This document shows, piece after piece, positions 12,601-20,128 of a stretch of DNA of 64,000 nt. The stretch lies in IMG/VR virus record IMGVR_UViG_3300025727_000603, positions 15,311 through 79,310 of that record. The stretch is one strand, 5' to 3'. The notes under the pieces are model-generated. The model had not been told where the DNA came from. It was given only the letters and a program-made list of their open reading frames with translations, and ran no database searches. How positions within the stretch are numbered: the first letter of the stretch is position 1; each line of letters starts with the position of its first letter. The position numbers and the translations under genes are program-made. The stretch is from a virus.

Positions 12601-13638
12601 AATACCATTGGTTCGTATGATTTAGTAGATATTCAGTTTATATCAGATGTTGCACCAATAGTTAAATCTAATGTGGCAGCTCTGAATAATGTAGAATTAG
12701 AACTCTTATATGATGGAGGGCAGGACGCCGTTTTTACAAATAATGGTTCTTCGTTCTTTGAAGCTATAGATGGTAATAGACATATTACATTTGTTAGCTA
12801 TAGCGATAGTGGGTACAGTGATGATCGAATTAGGAATATTCGAGACAATATTAGTAATATAGCTCAGGACTCACGAACAACTATGGAGACAAACTATCTC
12901 GGATGGTACAGTGACCCAGAGAAAGCTGGTCTGCAAGACACAGCTAGATTGTTTAGTTGGGGTTCCGAAAATTCCGTTTACAATAATGTAACAATTAAGT
13001 CTATTTTTCAGAACGATTTATCCTTTCTTCAGTTAGTTGATAATGTAAGTGGTGTATTAGATTCAAACTCTGATGTATGGTTAGAAGCTTCAGGAAATGC
13101 TTACTCTTCAAATAATATTACTCTTACTCCAATTGGAGGTAATAGTACGTCGGATCATACTGCGTTAGCAGAGCACCTAAAAGATTTTATAACACTTGAT
13201 TTTAATTATATTGATAACACAGACGATGTGAATAATTTATCTACTCGGTTTATAGCTGAACTTCATCCTTCTAAAGGTACAGCATTAAACAAATATGTTA
13301 CAAGGAATATTAAGTTAAAGAACTCTTCTAATTTATTAAATATATTTTTAGATGTTAACAGACCTTTTGGGACAGATATTGAGGTATATTACAGAACACA
13401 TACAGAAGATGATATGATTGATGAGTCAAATTGGATTCTTGGAGAACCTGTAGGTGGTACAGACATACCATTTAATGATAATCCTAATGTTTTTACAGAG
13501 ACTGAGTATTATATAGATAATGTTATTTCCGCTAATAATATGTTCACAACATTTGCTATAAAAATAGTATTTAAATCCGCTAATAGTTCTGTTATACCTC
13601 AAGTTAGAGACTTAAGAGCAATTGCACTAAATGTATAG
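631..13638 (+). CDS. Giant virion structural protein, DUF4815/VrlC-like (4335 aa)
   Basis: N-terminal NFNVPPYFDDF...LFRPSYAVQARELTQLQSVLQNQI. Internal APGAHRY, RRTFDESGNYTV, RYTMRDIG, DPLAQSF. C-terminal KYVTRNIKL...FAIKIVFKS..PQVRDLRAIAL. Position after gp8 as in T4-like cyano/pelagiphages. Confidence 0.85.
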   Translation: MSINFNVPPYFDDFESVSEFDGSDGLSPKDKYHKLLFRPSYAVQARELTQLQSVLQNQITNLGHHLFVEGSLVIPGDVSFSNDIDYIKVEMGSIPDVNADINYIMSNLDDSDSTGLKGKYLVRAIDLDLTGNITLPEPTLSAKILKVVPAIGTAPAVLYIQYYAASAEKTVDTGVNVNVNKFRPSDELKVIDKMPSVYGSNSNSNPSPTSLTLQFHQAVLKIPSELKQSAIGKASLAFVEKGVYFIKGNFVQVQNSTLIVAPFSTSASADIGFRIKESVISSAEDPTLSDNATGSPNFAAPGAHRYEIKTELIALDINTDIEGTDDDFLLLCRVDESAVKWKVKRTDYNIIEDEFARRTFDESGNYTVRPFHIDITEDRDNVDLFQAQLEPSKAYVQGYEIETLSSISVPIEKARRAEDTDAKESVTVSIGVGNYILVSPRDFSSLLSSGIVPPIDTFARVDLKNFDNSTIGYTRIRSVTRVSPGYTHDDQGVIIRDTSLDIYKVYLFDVFLNEFQNFSSVASLLYSSNNHTFDVKLVSTPAVIKETDKNSLVYKLPYDRVKTCSIAKLNTTEEADYNYRFRTIKMFSPKHGNGNFINATVNNTETESFGAFNQSDWILEKFIQSAGTTIIPLTSAMVGAAVSGDMTSIAIDLSSWSGVVGGGKYRLTAPVDSTAIHRTKEVRDIESERWVYDQYVTADSTAYNSAHHYDVITLAKNDVFKINFVKEYIGDGDLGETGTAIYIQNNPEQFKDITEHYILDTGMTDNYYDNSKLRLRSDSDYIPSNDIFCSYKYFHHYPGDFFSIDSYPPEMYDDIPVFNSDNQGKLIELRSSIDFRQSKDIESNVGTCPHPNSKFQTDLEYYLPRKDIIVVDAKGDFRCIKGVSSLTPTLPETPSNSMVLYNLHLQAYTFTPSEIQYEMIDNKRYTMRDIGKIQKRVDNLEYYTSLSLLESEASNKIVVDSEGFLRSKAGFVVDSFKNHSIGNTLSPEYRCAIDRKRRTIRPIFHENSIGLQYVPPTSEINPAVSSHVQKTGDLITLPWSPVELFSQGKASSTININPYDVFTWTGSVKLSPSQDDWKDTTHVPELIVNQTGIYDAMMSIIDATDALGTDWNEWETTFFGSESTSWVSASGRNWQTTTTETNTTEDQARDGILTVNNPFVNYTELGERVIEIGFAPFIRGRRVSFSAERLKPNTIIYPFIDNVNISEYAIRDNVFVDYSSSDDEIFNQMVENYGAHPFDTERLSPMFYPDKQDSVTGKGTHPYRYDANSLETIAWKLYGLNDAPTYDNMSNMYPNTELKTDAAGRLTGSFWFPNDDGLRFKTGTRTFRLSDSPISVNRDEETTFAQTQYHAKGLLETKENLTIATKLPMLSQTQVFDERTIYNTSRTNSTRWWDPLAQSFLIDIDKQPQGAFITSIDLYFAKISETIPVVLQIREVIVGLPSAIIVPHSTVTLYPSDINVDSNLGQAATKFEFESPVYLGSGKSYAFVIFADTIDYEVWMARTQEIDVVTDAAISKNVFAGVLFKSQNGSTWSPDHNADLKFAIHRAKYDISRPGNLVLVNKELPLKRLRNHPFTTTETNELKVYHKNHGFVESSSRQSYVSFSGIERNHPTESPETANLYGIDANKINAISEHPYYDGSNLVSPTGAGVFPVFDVTQDAYSVRLGIDENNSDGRTQFGIGGGKTIEASENYAFSTWYHHAAIVNLPTTNITWGVKTTNLGTIGANNTTVYRKSTNYKAYVPNTNIHEPFPQVITSRENQLHNVDVHDNLPNKSFEVMGQLTSNSDYVSPSVDIERCSVVCIQNRIGNFTGYGELTSVNFNPTTPELTGLGRFNAGLYKFAIDSNNEAKGGILNLSIEGKGPILSIDHFISASNKTLFETDKDYLMIIENPSSSDATNENVGVMKLKINKSDSGAVVFNDIKLSSASTPIAEYVPGVYDFTILDNKSRFGEATPDASGPGPYGYVNFNSGSMDVEYAAKIRVRVDAATSTIAWTDEDNNTVADNIKVLDNGSSDNKFPIGTGVAQPATITQDISYSQAQKLGILFDSDKAYAQDETTIIFASGKSIAYKRNGSSLNTKNLHPTEPQYWDQVPGQGVLINVTASNTLFKNTPSSTGVGAKFKIKDSGSGIVSGEYVADVEQVNVYNILPIPHGSTTVLLREYTPYNENLMGTNEKVSLLVNPNATADEEGNFDWTFNLKVIVNYLYSGASGASKSVGFNINGISMSAFKDILKDDLGLDSIPALSGTYPNASYNTYAFKEVANNQSDTLTTWLNDLVVDRWRSIQAWAILLTGSVDLSDSSNLTGDGGYIDPTLSNGVAGDILNIHIANVNDPSTLQLSSTGTSISMSTDSNSSKIGIFLEDTWSTAAHGTTDLIYWNLSPDGPYESILTDYSGTPDIMTLWAGGTDVRIVLNVCQGTPSADNGWDNADAEHEAGKVKITVKSDASLEGAALLNEIQTNAWSNVMGYNVVPLDSDTNKWSFDINQWKHVNGGDTHTVTLKPPEAVTVDLAEVGIWVDPYLELGKMEQDLGNESNPSDNNMLQPVKWRWGYDKSYNPTINYTQIDGDFDDSFTSLIPNGYYYNCMIPAYNVVPLYQASDITPFFNTHAQHSNSVYTGPTGIPINVPITKSTLGLGKKVNNIDTEANWLKGLLKYSFNQQLQHYTFTKYVPSSTRVVTQEDFTNGAEYIEKTYSATNATTETTTTIPITDWQNGVTRTVQSYEYDYSPASISEGDIVYYQDTDEKTFSFYECITSHGDTSIDNNLIDGLLNENTHWQTVYDYNIVLNFLNYNLITYTVVPVEGKFLAYDKLKVRKAPTSSNLSYESKEVNVQRLNYSFSSEGSLATPTFSGLSPTSEKLLQLEYNGQLDTGGSNWNTERFSNDAIAANDIFANPSIIKIQLKNSHLPSHHRLRKIVASPGVPDYNIIINDKVTVYADAVEDTEMPTLYYQEGMFFLESPDNSNKLTSENRIDFLPPQSPYTAKTTGLPADYNSCFSLHTNGESASSAFNTQTNRAAFTGDAYGIAKNLKNNNSSDFLINEGDNRIPDLHESGTIKLSPLEGIEGNITRDGSIVHSINRPNDVMINAVNYTKEDCRLYDNGLRVNLHPYITNFALRSFFLELKTSSLINHVEDWRANHADIAGWEGLVDNEYYRYNIDSEYYNNKITGILGSLAAKIIFPKLDDNVDSGTINHYRSDEGSIIGDVAIEENSEQTNIEWMAVSSNFVIPDAILSCTGTMQFWDKADSTAPDTITTVDGYWPRKGDNYSNIHSGRQIESSKYLFDWNKLKDDAANINIKWNTHQYIEGLYNQPGLLPNDRKLLRREFPYNYNILQNINSTTNPVDYSQTRYSEVDNLDKLMLSAYSTLGSGVYGPPTTGSGRAWTFGDQASTTSVVFNDIVKIDPLTSCTSISYVNGPLSMVTSSDGSETSIRIKIPHNKIHKWVHMALANQSIANNTVTTAFDANNSSILHRQLHNPEMFNFNSFFTFESSTESSTITSKLIYLNDGMRASDGLSSEFNVISGTATIGVEYRIWYPNDSTGVSGFKTYDYPDWYENSGWGVDDNIIVEFLIPSTPGADFINSLVSVSFTHYQNLHVVAPTSTGASIADSSSQACGFGARSIISSSTASTNTTLTDQSDYHGKFKDGNGLSWTDEKYKLEEYRLSDNATDSDIKDNTTTLLYLPVDSGAILKTINQFSGVSTLKFTEIGSNPYEYFTGIITNIQLSPAKTGFGYTTATAVDSGGAQIQIKPNWGNMISSGTAAPKISFTASNTGAVSIFEVYKPDNASSGNIVSGQDSMGYWVGQNYNIGEFDDRHLSVNWHSIYDVKNAANTGLKFTTDSATEKSLPSLQFSADGTNGKISKITRNTPANGVDSSFYVWNQSASNSSGTFGLGIWGLTLSLDDNTSKTIRNSGVTNPDFEVGESSIGASISAVHILKTGYGYAGNISTSSALTLNSYMDSIALQKILSFEDAVAQGMILNSSTITNVTWDAGTWLNTIGSYDLVDIQFISDVAPIVKSNVAALNNVELELLYDGGQDAVFTNNGSSFFEAIDGNRHITFVSYSDSGYSDDRIRNIRDNISNIAQDSRTTMETNYLGWYSDPEKAGLQDTARLFSWGSENSVYNNVTIKSIFQNDLSFLQLVDNVSGVLDSNSDVWLEASGNAYSSNNITLTPIGGNSTSDHTALAEHLKDFITLDFNYIDNTDDVNNLSTRFIAELHPSKGTALNKYVTRNIKLKNSSNLLNIFLDVNRPFGTDIEVYYRTHTEDDMIDESNWILGEPVGGTDIPFNDNPNVFTETEYYIDNVISANNMFTTFAIKIVFKSANSSVIPQVRDLRAIALNV

Positions 13639-13650
13639 AGGTTAGAGGTT

Positions 13651-13863
13651 ATGGGAAATTTAATACCTGTTAAAGGTCATTCAGGGTTATATAGAGATTC
13701 AAACACAATGGCCATTATAAATACTAACAACACTTCTACTACTGATAGTAATATTAGATCAGCTAAAAGTAAGATGAAACAGAGGGATGATGATATTAAA
13801 ACATTACAGTCAGATGTTTCTGAAATTAAACATATTTTAAAACAGTTATTGGAGCTAAGATAA
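13651..13863 (+). CDS. Small conserved phage protein with C-terminal coiled coil
   Basis: VKGHSGLYRDSNTMAIIN motif and heptads DIKTLQSDVSEIKHILKQLL; GAGG RBS upstream. Such a gene usually follows the VrlC-like gene. Confidence 0.7.
   Translation: MGNLIPVKGHSGLYRDSNTMAIINTNNTSTTDSNIRSAKSKMKQRDDDIKTLQSDVSEIKHILKQLLELR
13716..13723 (+). promoter_or_regulatory. T4-type late promoter TATAAATA
   Basis: Exact consensus about 145 nt upstream of the 13867 fibre gene, but inside a small CDS, so chance occurrence is possible. Confidence 0.5.
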
Positions 13864-13866
13864 GAA

Positions 13867-16800
13867 ATGGTACATATCCTAGATAAATCGACAAGAATTA
13901 ATGTCACAGAATCAGACACATTTAATGAATGGCGTTTAAAAACAAATGAAATAGGCTCCTTTATTGGTGATAAGCACCATATTGCTAGATATTCTACTAT
14001 AAATTATGATTGGATTCCTTTATGGACTGATACAGAACTCTTAAACGGGAATGACGAGAATAGAAAACATCCCGATACTAAAGTCCCTTACAGGAAAGCT
14101 TTGGTTAATATAAAAATACAGGGTATGCATGCTCTAGAGTCAACCTCTACCGAAGATTGGGTCGCTATGCAGACAGAAACTACCCAATCGATTATCAAAC
14201 AAGAAATTGACTTTGGAGGTATGCTCACAGAAGAAAATATTAGAGTTACTATTAAAACACATCAGCCAGGTGCTGTTAATGATGATGATAGGTATTACTA
14301 TGGTGATGTTGGTACTGATTACCCTTATGGCTACGCTGATAATGACATTTTAACTATTCGTGGATCGTCTATAGGTGGTGTAGATGGGATAAATGATCTT
14401 AAGGTTAAGGTGGCAGTGACAGCGAGTCATGTTAATGAGGGTGTTACCTTTAAATATATTAGTAATGTAAAAATTTCAGGTCAGCCTATTAACGAATCAG
14501 AATATGGATCAGACTACATAACTCTGGCATTAACTAAATTACCTCCGGCCTCCATATATAACGAACTTCATCAGATTAGGTCCGATTTAGCCGGCGAACA
14601 GGAAAATCCAAACTTTATTCCTTTTACAAAATTAACAACTAATGCACAAACTATAGCATTAGCTATTAATGAAGTTAATGCAAAAATTCAAGGTACACAA
14701 GGTAATTTAACATTACTTAAAACTATTGATGACGAATTACAATCAATACCTTGGTCTAAATATTATAAACAATATACGATTGATGGTAATGGCAATACCA
14801 CAATCACTGATGGTTATAAAATAGATGATATTGTCTATGTAGACCCAACGATTATAAATGACATCGGGGATACCCTATATTTTAAATCTATTACTGAATA
14901 TAATGTAGACAATCCTGTATCCCGGGATAATGACGGAAACTTTGATCGTAGTTATAATCTAACACAACAAGGTCAGGGTAACCTCGTTGAAAATGGGGTT
15001 CCTGTCGATTCATCAATAACATGGTTTCAAGTTGACAGTACTGTATATTCCTCCATGTCATTGAATAAATCCTTAAATATAGTTAATACTAGTCTCGGTA
15101 TTACTAGTAATAACACACTAGCTTCATTAAAAAATAACCATCCTGACTATACCGGCCCACAAGATACTATATATCATTCCCTAAGAAATATTGATTCTTA
15201 TATAGGTAATTACTTAGGACTTAAATCTCAAGTATATAATAGATATGTTAACCCATACCGTACAGTAACATTAGATGGAGTTGCTACTAATAATATAGAC
15301 TATTCTAGTATAGGAACCGGAGATCCTGGTACTATAAAATTACCTACAGGTATGTTGCTTAGTCAGGCCTTTACGGATCCTAACGACTTGGAATATAATT
15401 TCTTACCTGTTGATGCTGACAAAAATGGCCTATATGCGCAATGGACTACACAAGTAACCGAACCCTATCAGTTATACACTAAATCTTATCATCCTGATAC
15501 CAACGTCTTCAACGGTTTTGTTGCAGCAGCTGATGACGACATTGTAGTAGCTCTAACTAAGCTTAGGTTAAGAGTAGATATGCTCACAGAAGAGATATAT
15601 CTAACTAAGCGTGACGCAGGAGATAGTTCGGCGGCATGGCAATGGGCTCAGAGAATTACTAAGAGTGATCAATTTGAGAATAACTTTTCCGGAATGCACG
15701 GTATTATTAATATTCTTAAGGGACTAGAAGATCTTGTATCTCCGATTACAGGAGATTCTTTGGATAGAGGGAAACTATCACGTTCTGGGTTTAAAACAGA
15801 CTACGCTGATACAGCTGGTTGGGATCAGTCTATACCAACTGGTTCTAAACAAGAGCAGTCACTGACTAATAATATTTATGAAGATTATGACTCTTCTCAT
15901 GTAGAAGGTCCTTTATGGGCTGGCTCCACTGATTCTGATGATAAGCCATTAGGTATTATTGCAGGTAGTATTACACGAATATCGGCGGATGGTGGTTATA
16001 AACCTCAATACTCATCTGATCTTCTAATACTAAGAACTGCAGGGGTAACTCCTGTTGATGGGACTAGCCACAATAATATTGATTTTCCAAGCACGGTAAC
16101 TGGAACCTCTAAATCGGCCGATATTAGGACATTATATCCAGAACGAATAGTTATTAATAACGGTAGTGAAACACAGGTAGCTATAGGTTATACTGAAACT
16201 GATCGTACAGATACTAATTTCTGGACTAATAACGACAACACATTTATTGACCACTCCAGTAACCCGAGTTGGGTCTGGGAAACCTCCTCTGGACTAAACT
16301 TACTTCAGCAGACAGCTACAGACCAACCAATGAACCTGGATGTTAAGGGGGATATAAGAGCAACTAATAAGATATATATTGGACCTTCTGATAACATAAG
16401 GTCAATTGACGATTTATACTTATCATCAGGTATTAGAGAAAAGGAAGCGAGTGAAAATGCACCTGTCCAAAATATATTTACTAAACCTATTTTCCGTGAA
16501 GGTTTAGTAGTCCACTCTGAAAAACCAATGAATGATTGGTATACCTTTACGGAGGATGGAAGAATACAGCCTGATGCTCAACTTCTGCAGAGAGAAATAG
16601 AGGATGTTGTAGGGGCTATGGTTACTGATAAAATCTCTGCAACCGGTACCCCAAGCACTCTTAATATGGAATCTGGTTTAAACGTTCGGTATGACAGTCT
16701 TAAAGCAGATACTAATAGTGGTCTAAGGTCTCCACATCAAGCAACTTTAAACTTTGAGGTTCATTCACCTGATATTTTAATTACAGGAGATATGTTAGGA

Positions 16801-18405
16801 AACACCAAGATGATGAGTTTATCCGATGTAGTAATTGATACTCATATCAATAAAGACTCAACGTATATCAAAAAAGTAGTTAAAGAACTTGTATATGACT
16901 CTTTAAATCCAGCTCATTGGGATTCAAGCGTTACAAACAAATATCATGACGGAATATCGGTCACTGATGCTCATAGTGGGATGGCTTCAAATAAATACTA
17001 TCGTGCTATGAAAATGGAACTTTTAGATGGGTTTGTATCTGGTGATACTCTGACATTTCATTACCATGACGGAGAGAATTTAAAAACTATTTCCATTTCG
17101 GTTCCGGATAACGTATCAACTGGTTTAAATACAAAGGGTATATATCCGGCCGGAGTAATATCACAGGATCAATACAACGATAATCCTGAATGGAAAAAAA
17201 CAGCACGGTTTGGTGCTTCTAAATGGTTATCTCAATATCTTAAAGCAGAGTCTACCCCTGAACTCGCTACCTTTAACAGCTATTGGGATGTAACCTTCGC
17301 AACATACTATGACGGTAATGCTGATGTTGTTCCTGTTATAGTATTTACAGAGAAAAACCCTCTTTCTGTCAGTAATGAAACAAATTCACCTAACAATCAG
17401 TCACAATTGTGGAAACTTGGTCTGGAGTCTACTAACGCTGGTACTATTGCCTCTGGAAATTTTGACAATAGCAATACTGACAAAGTAGCATATAATGAGA
17501 AATGGCACAGAGATGGCAACTACAATGACGAATTTAATCAATTTGATATATCTAAGGCAAACGATAGCAGTGGAATCTATACCAAAAATAAAACACCTCA
17601 GTATGCAGACAATTATATAACATCAATAGTAAATGTGCAAATTTCTGAACCTGAAATTATTAAAGATGATTTATCAGATACTCCTAAATTATCTTTAAAT
17701 ATAGCAGGACAGACATCTACTAACCACATAGGGTCTTTCACACCATCAATAAGTGTTAATTCAAACGGCGTGGCAGAATTAACAATTACAACTAGTGAGG
17801 ATTTGACACCTTGGAAGGACGAGGGATACCTTAAATCGGCACCTAATAATACATACTCGGCAAGCGCTACCGGTCATATGACTAAAAGTACAACCCAATG
17901 GGCCAGTGGAATTTTTAGCACAGATGCCGAACCTGGTACATCAACTGACTTCAAAGCAGGTAAAATTGTTTCTCGTAATGATTCGGGTGACTTCTATGCT
18001 AATATTATGAATGGTACAGCAACTAAAGCCCGATATGCAGATTTAGCGGAAAACTATGTTGCTGATAAACAATATGAAGTTGGTACAGTATTATCCTTAG
18101 GTGGTGAATTTGAGGTTACAGAATCAGATAGGATAATGGATTCTAGAATCGTAGGAGTCGTTTCTGAAAATCCTGCATACTTAATGAATTCATATTGTAC
18201 AGGTGAATTTATAGCTACTGTAGCACTAAGAGGAAGAGTACCTGTTAAAGTAGAAGGACCAGTTGATAAAGGTGACATTATTATATCATCTGGAAGAGGT
18301 ACAGGAGTTTCTAATAATAACCCTTCATTTGGTTCTATTATAGGAAAGGCTGTAGTATCTAAAACTTCTGAAGGTACCGAGTTAATAGAGGTAGTTATCA
18401 CCTAA
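13867..18405 (+). CDS. Fibritin/neck-appendage-like fibre (1512 aa) with C-terminal intramolecular chaperone (peptidase G2-like autocleavage) domain
   Basis: N-terminal INVTESDTFNEWRLKTNEIG virion-anchor motif and coiled-coil segment LTTNAQTIALAINEVNAKI. C-terminal YADLAENY...GTVLSLGG...IVGVVSENPAYLMN...VALRGRVPVKV...KGDII...IIGKA. Confidence 0.7.
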   Translation: MVHILDKSTRINVTESDTFNEWRLKTNEIGSFIGDKHHIARYSTINYDWIPLWTDTELLNGNDENRKHPDTKVPYRKALVNIKIQGMHALESTSTEDWVAMQTETTQSIIKQEIDFGGMLTEENIRVTIKTHQPGAVNDDDRYYYGDVGTDYPYGYADNDILTIRGSSIGGVDGINDLKVKVAVTASHVNEGVTFKYISNVKISGQPINESEYGSDYITLALTKLPPASIYNELHQIRSDLAGEQENPNFIPFTKLTTNAQTIALAINEVNAKIQGTQGNLTLLKTIDDELQSIPWSKYYKQYTIDGNGNTTITDGYKIDDIVYVDPTIINDIGDTLYFKSITEYNVDNPVSRDNDGNFDRSYNLTQQGQGNLVENGVPVDSSITWFQVDSTVYSSMSLNKSLNIVNTSLGITSNNTLASLKNNHPDYTGPQDTIYHSLRNIDSYIGNYLGLKSQVYNRYVNPYRTVTLDGVATNNIDYSSIGTGDPGTIKLPTGMLLSQAFTDPNDLEYNFLPVDADKNGLYAQWTTQVTEPYQLYTKSYHPDTNVFNGFVAAADDDIVVALTKLRLRVDMLTEEIYLTKRDAGDSSAAWQWAQRITKSDQFENNFSGMHGIINILKGLEDLVSPITGDSLDRGKLSRSGFKTDYADTAGWDQSIPTGSKQEQSLTNNIYEDYDSSHVEGPLWAGSTDSDDKPLGIIAGSITRISADGGYKPQYSSDLLILRTAGVTPVDGTSHNNIDFPSTVTGTSKSADIRTLYPERIVINNGSETQVAIGYTETDRTDTNFWTNNDNTFIDHSSNPSWVWETSSGLNLLQQTATDQPMNLDVKGDIRATNKIYIGPSDNIRSIDDLYLSSGIREKEASENAPVQNIFTKPIFREGLVVHSEKPMNDWYTFTEDGRIQPDAQLLQREIEDVVGAMVTDKISATGTPSTLNMESGLNVRYDSLKADTNSGLRSPHQATLNFEVHSPDILITGDMLGNTKMMSLSDVVIDTHINKDSTYIKKVVKELVYDSLNPAHWDSSVTNKYHDGISVTDAHSGMASNKYYRAMKMELLDGFVSGDTLTFHYHDGENLKTISISVPDNVSTGLNTKGIYPAGVISQDQYNDNPEWKKTARFGASKWLSQYLKAESTPELATFNSYWDVTFATYYDGNADVVPVIVFTEKNPLSVSNETNSPNNQSQLWKLGLESTNAGTIASGNFDNSNTDKVAYNEKWHRDGNYNDEFNQFDISKANDSSGIYTKNKTPQYADNYITSIVNVQISEPEIIKDDLSDTPKLSLNIAGQTSTNHIGSFTPSISVNSNGVAELTITTSEDLTPWKDEGYLKSAPNNTYSASATGHMTKSTTQWASGIFSTDAEPGTSTDFKAGKIVSRNDSGDFYANIMNGTATKARYADLAENYVADKQYEVGTVLSLGGEFEVTESDRIMDSRIVGVVSENPAYLMNSYCTGEFIATVALRGRVPVKVEGPVDKGDIIISSGRGTGVSNNNPSFGSIIGKAVVSKTSEGTELIEVVIT

Positions 18406-19151
18406 TGATCGGTATTCTTGGTTATGGTTTTGTTGGGAAAGCAGTTGATAAAGGGTTCACAAAAACAGATAAAATAATATCGGACCCTTTATATAATGAC
18501 GTATCTATTGAAGATATGATGGATACAGAATGTATATTTGTATGCCTTCCAACACCTACAGTAAACGGTAAAATAGAAGCAACAATACTATTAAATGCAC
18601 TCAAGCATCTAGAAGAACTCGAGTACTCTGGTCTTATAATAATAAAATCTACTGTTCTTCCAGACCTAATTAAAGGGTACTCTAATAATGTAGTATGTGT
18701 ACCGGAATTCTTATCTAGAGCAACAGCTCACCATGATTTCATTAACCCTCATGTATTAATAATAGGATCAAATTCTATTGTTACATCACACCATACTTTA
18801 GCTATATTTAAGAAATATTCTGAGGTTTCCACAAAGAATGTACATCTAACAGATATAAAAACAGCTTGTATATTAAAGTATACTATGAATACCTTTAATG
18901 CCCTAAAAATAACATATTTAAACGAGATATATAAAGTATGTGGGATAGAGGGTATAGATTACAAAGAAATAGTATCTGTATTAGAGCGAGTACCGAGAAT
19001 GGGTACAGGTCTTTTTGATGTTCCTGGTCCAGATGGTAAGTATGGATTTGGTGGTCCGTGTCTTCCTAAAGATGCTGAGTCTTTTGCCTCTGCATACTCT
19101 ATGGATTTAGTAAAAGGTATATTAGAGGTTAATTCGTTATTAAGACATTAA
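18405..19151 (+). CDS. UDP-glucose/GDP-mannose 6-dehydrogenase family protein (short form)
   Basis: Rossmann GILGYGFVGKA, CLPTP, IKSTV, PEFL and catalytic GFGGPCLPKD. TAATG overlap with the fibre gene stop. Confidence 0.9.
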   Translation: MIGILGYGFVGKAVDKGFTKTDKIISDPLYNDVSIEDMMDTECIFVCLPTPTVNGKIEATILLNALKHLEELEYSGLIIIKSTVLPDLIKGYSNNVVCVPEFLSRATAHHDFINPHVLIIGSNSIVTSHHTLAIFKKYSEVSTKNVHLTDIKTACILKYTMNTFNALKITYLNEIYKVCGIEGIDYKEIVSVLERVPRMGTGLFDVPGPDGKYGFGGPCLPKDAESFASAYSMDLVKGILEVNSLLRH

Positions 19152-20128
19152 ATGTTCTATTATCAGAAGGGTGTAATCTAAACTGCTCATATTGTGGAAT
19201 GGATAAATGGTCTAAAACCACTATATCTCAAGATTCTGTAATAAATAGATTTAAAGAACTTAGACTTGAGTACCCTAATGATCGTATACGAATAGACTTT
19301 TTTGGAGGTGAACCTCTTCTCCAAATGAAGATGGTTAAGTCAATTATATCAAAGATGAAGAAAGTTGATGATAATTATACCTTAGCTATGCCTACTAATG
19401 GGATATCTCTAACACCTGGAATACTAGATTACCTAAAAAAAGAAAAAGTCTCTGTATCTCTCTCATTCGATGGCTTATGGCAAAACGATAGGAGACCTAT
19501 TAGAGATTCCAATCTATCTTCTTTAAATGTACTGTACGCTAAACGAAAATTGTTTTCTGGATTAAAATGTCATTCTATGATATCCGGATCTGACTATAAT
19601 TTACTAGAAAATCATTTATATATAACTCAAAATTTTGGGATGAATCCTGAACTAACATTAGTTAGGGATAGAGGGACATGGACACCAGAATCAGTTAAAC
19701 TTCTTCAGATCGGTATTAACGAAATTTATGAGTGGTACAAAAATAATCTCTCTGAAGATATGCCTAATTTTATATTATTCTGGCTTCGCGATATATTAAG
19801 ATATCATTATAAAGGATTTACAGTTGAAGGATGTGGTGTAGGAAGAGATCTTCATGCATTAACAGAGACTGGAGAGTCCGTTACATGTGACAGATTTGCT
19901 GGGGATAAAGAAGCAGTTGAGAAGATAAATGAGTTTTACTCTATGCCTGAATGCTCAACTTGTCGTGTAAAGAATTATTGTCATAAAGGTTGTATGTATG
20001 AACAAATTAAGTCAAATGGGCCAATCCCTGAACTTTGTGATATATATAAGTATTGTTATGATAAAACAAAAGAAATACTACCCCTGATACCTAAAGATAT
20101 AATAAGGAGAGAATTGAATGATTCATGA
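19139..20128 (+). CDS. Radical SAM/SPASM enzyme 1 (true start upstream of the listed ORF, probably ATT at 19139)
   Basis: Upstream in-frame extension KTLNVLLSEGCNLNCSYCG supplies the CxxxCxxC motif (19172-19195). Also FFGGEPLL, PTNG, SFDG and SPASM cysteines GCGVG...TCDRF...CSTCRVKNYCHKGC...LC. Confidence 0.9.
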   Translation: MKTLNVLLSEGCNLNCSYCGMDKWSKTTISQDSVINRFKELRLEYPNDRIRIDFFGGEPLLQMKMVKSIISKMKKVDDNYTLAMPTNGISLTPGILDYLKKEKVSVSLSFDGLWQNDRRPIRDSNLSSLNVLYAKRKLFSGLKCHSMISGSDYNLLENHLYITQNFGMNPELTLVRDRGTWTPESVKLLQIGINEIYEWYKNNLSEDMPNFILFWLRDILRYHYKGFTVEGCGVGRDLHALTETGESVTCDRFAGDKEAVEKINEFYSMPECSTCRVKNYCHKGCMYEQIKSNGPIPELCDIYKYCYDKTKEILPLIPKDIIRRELNDS

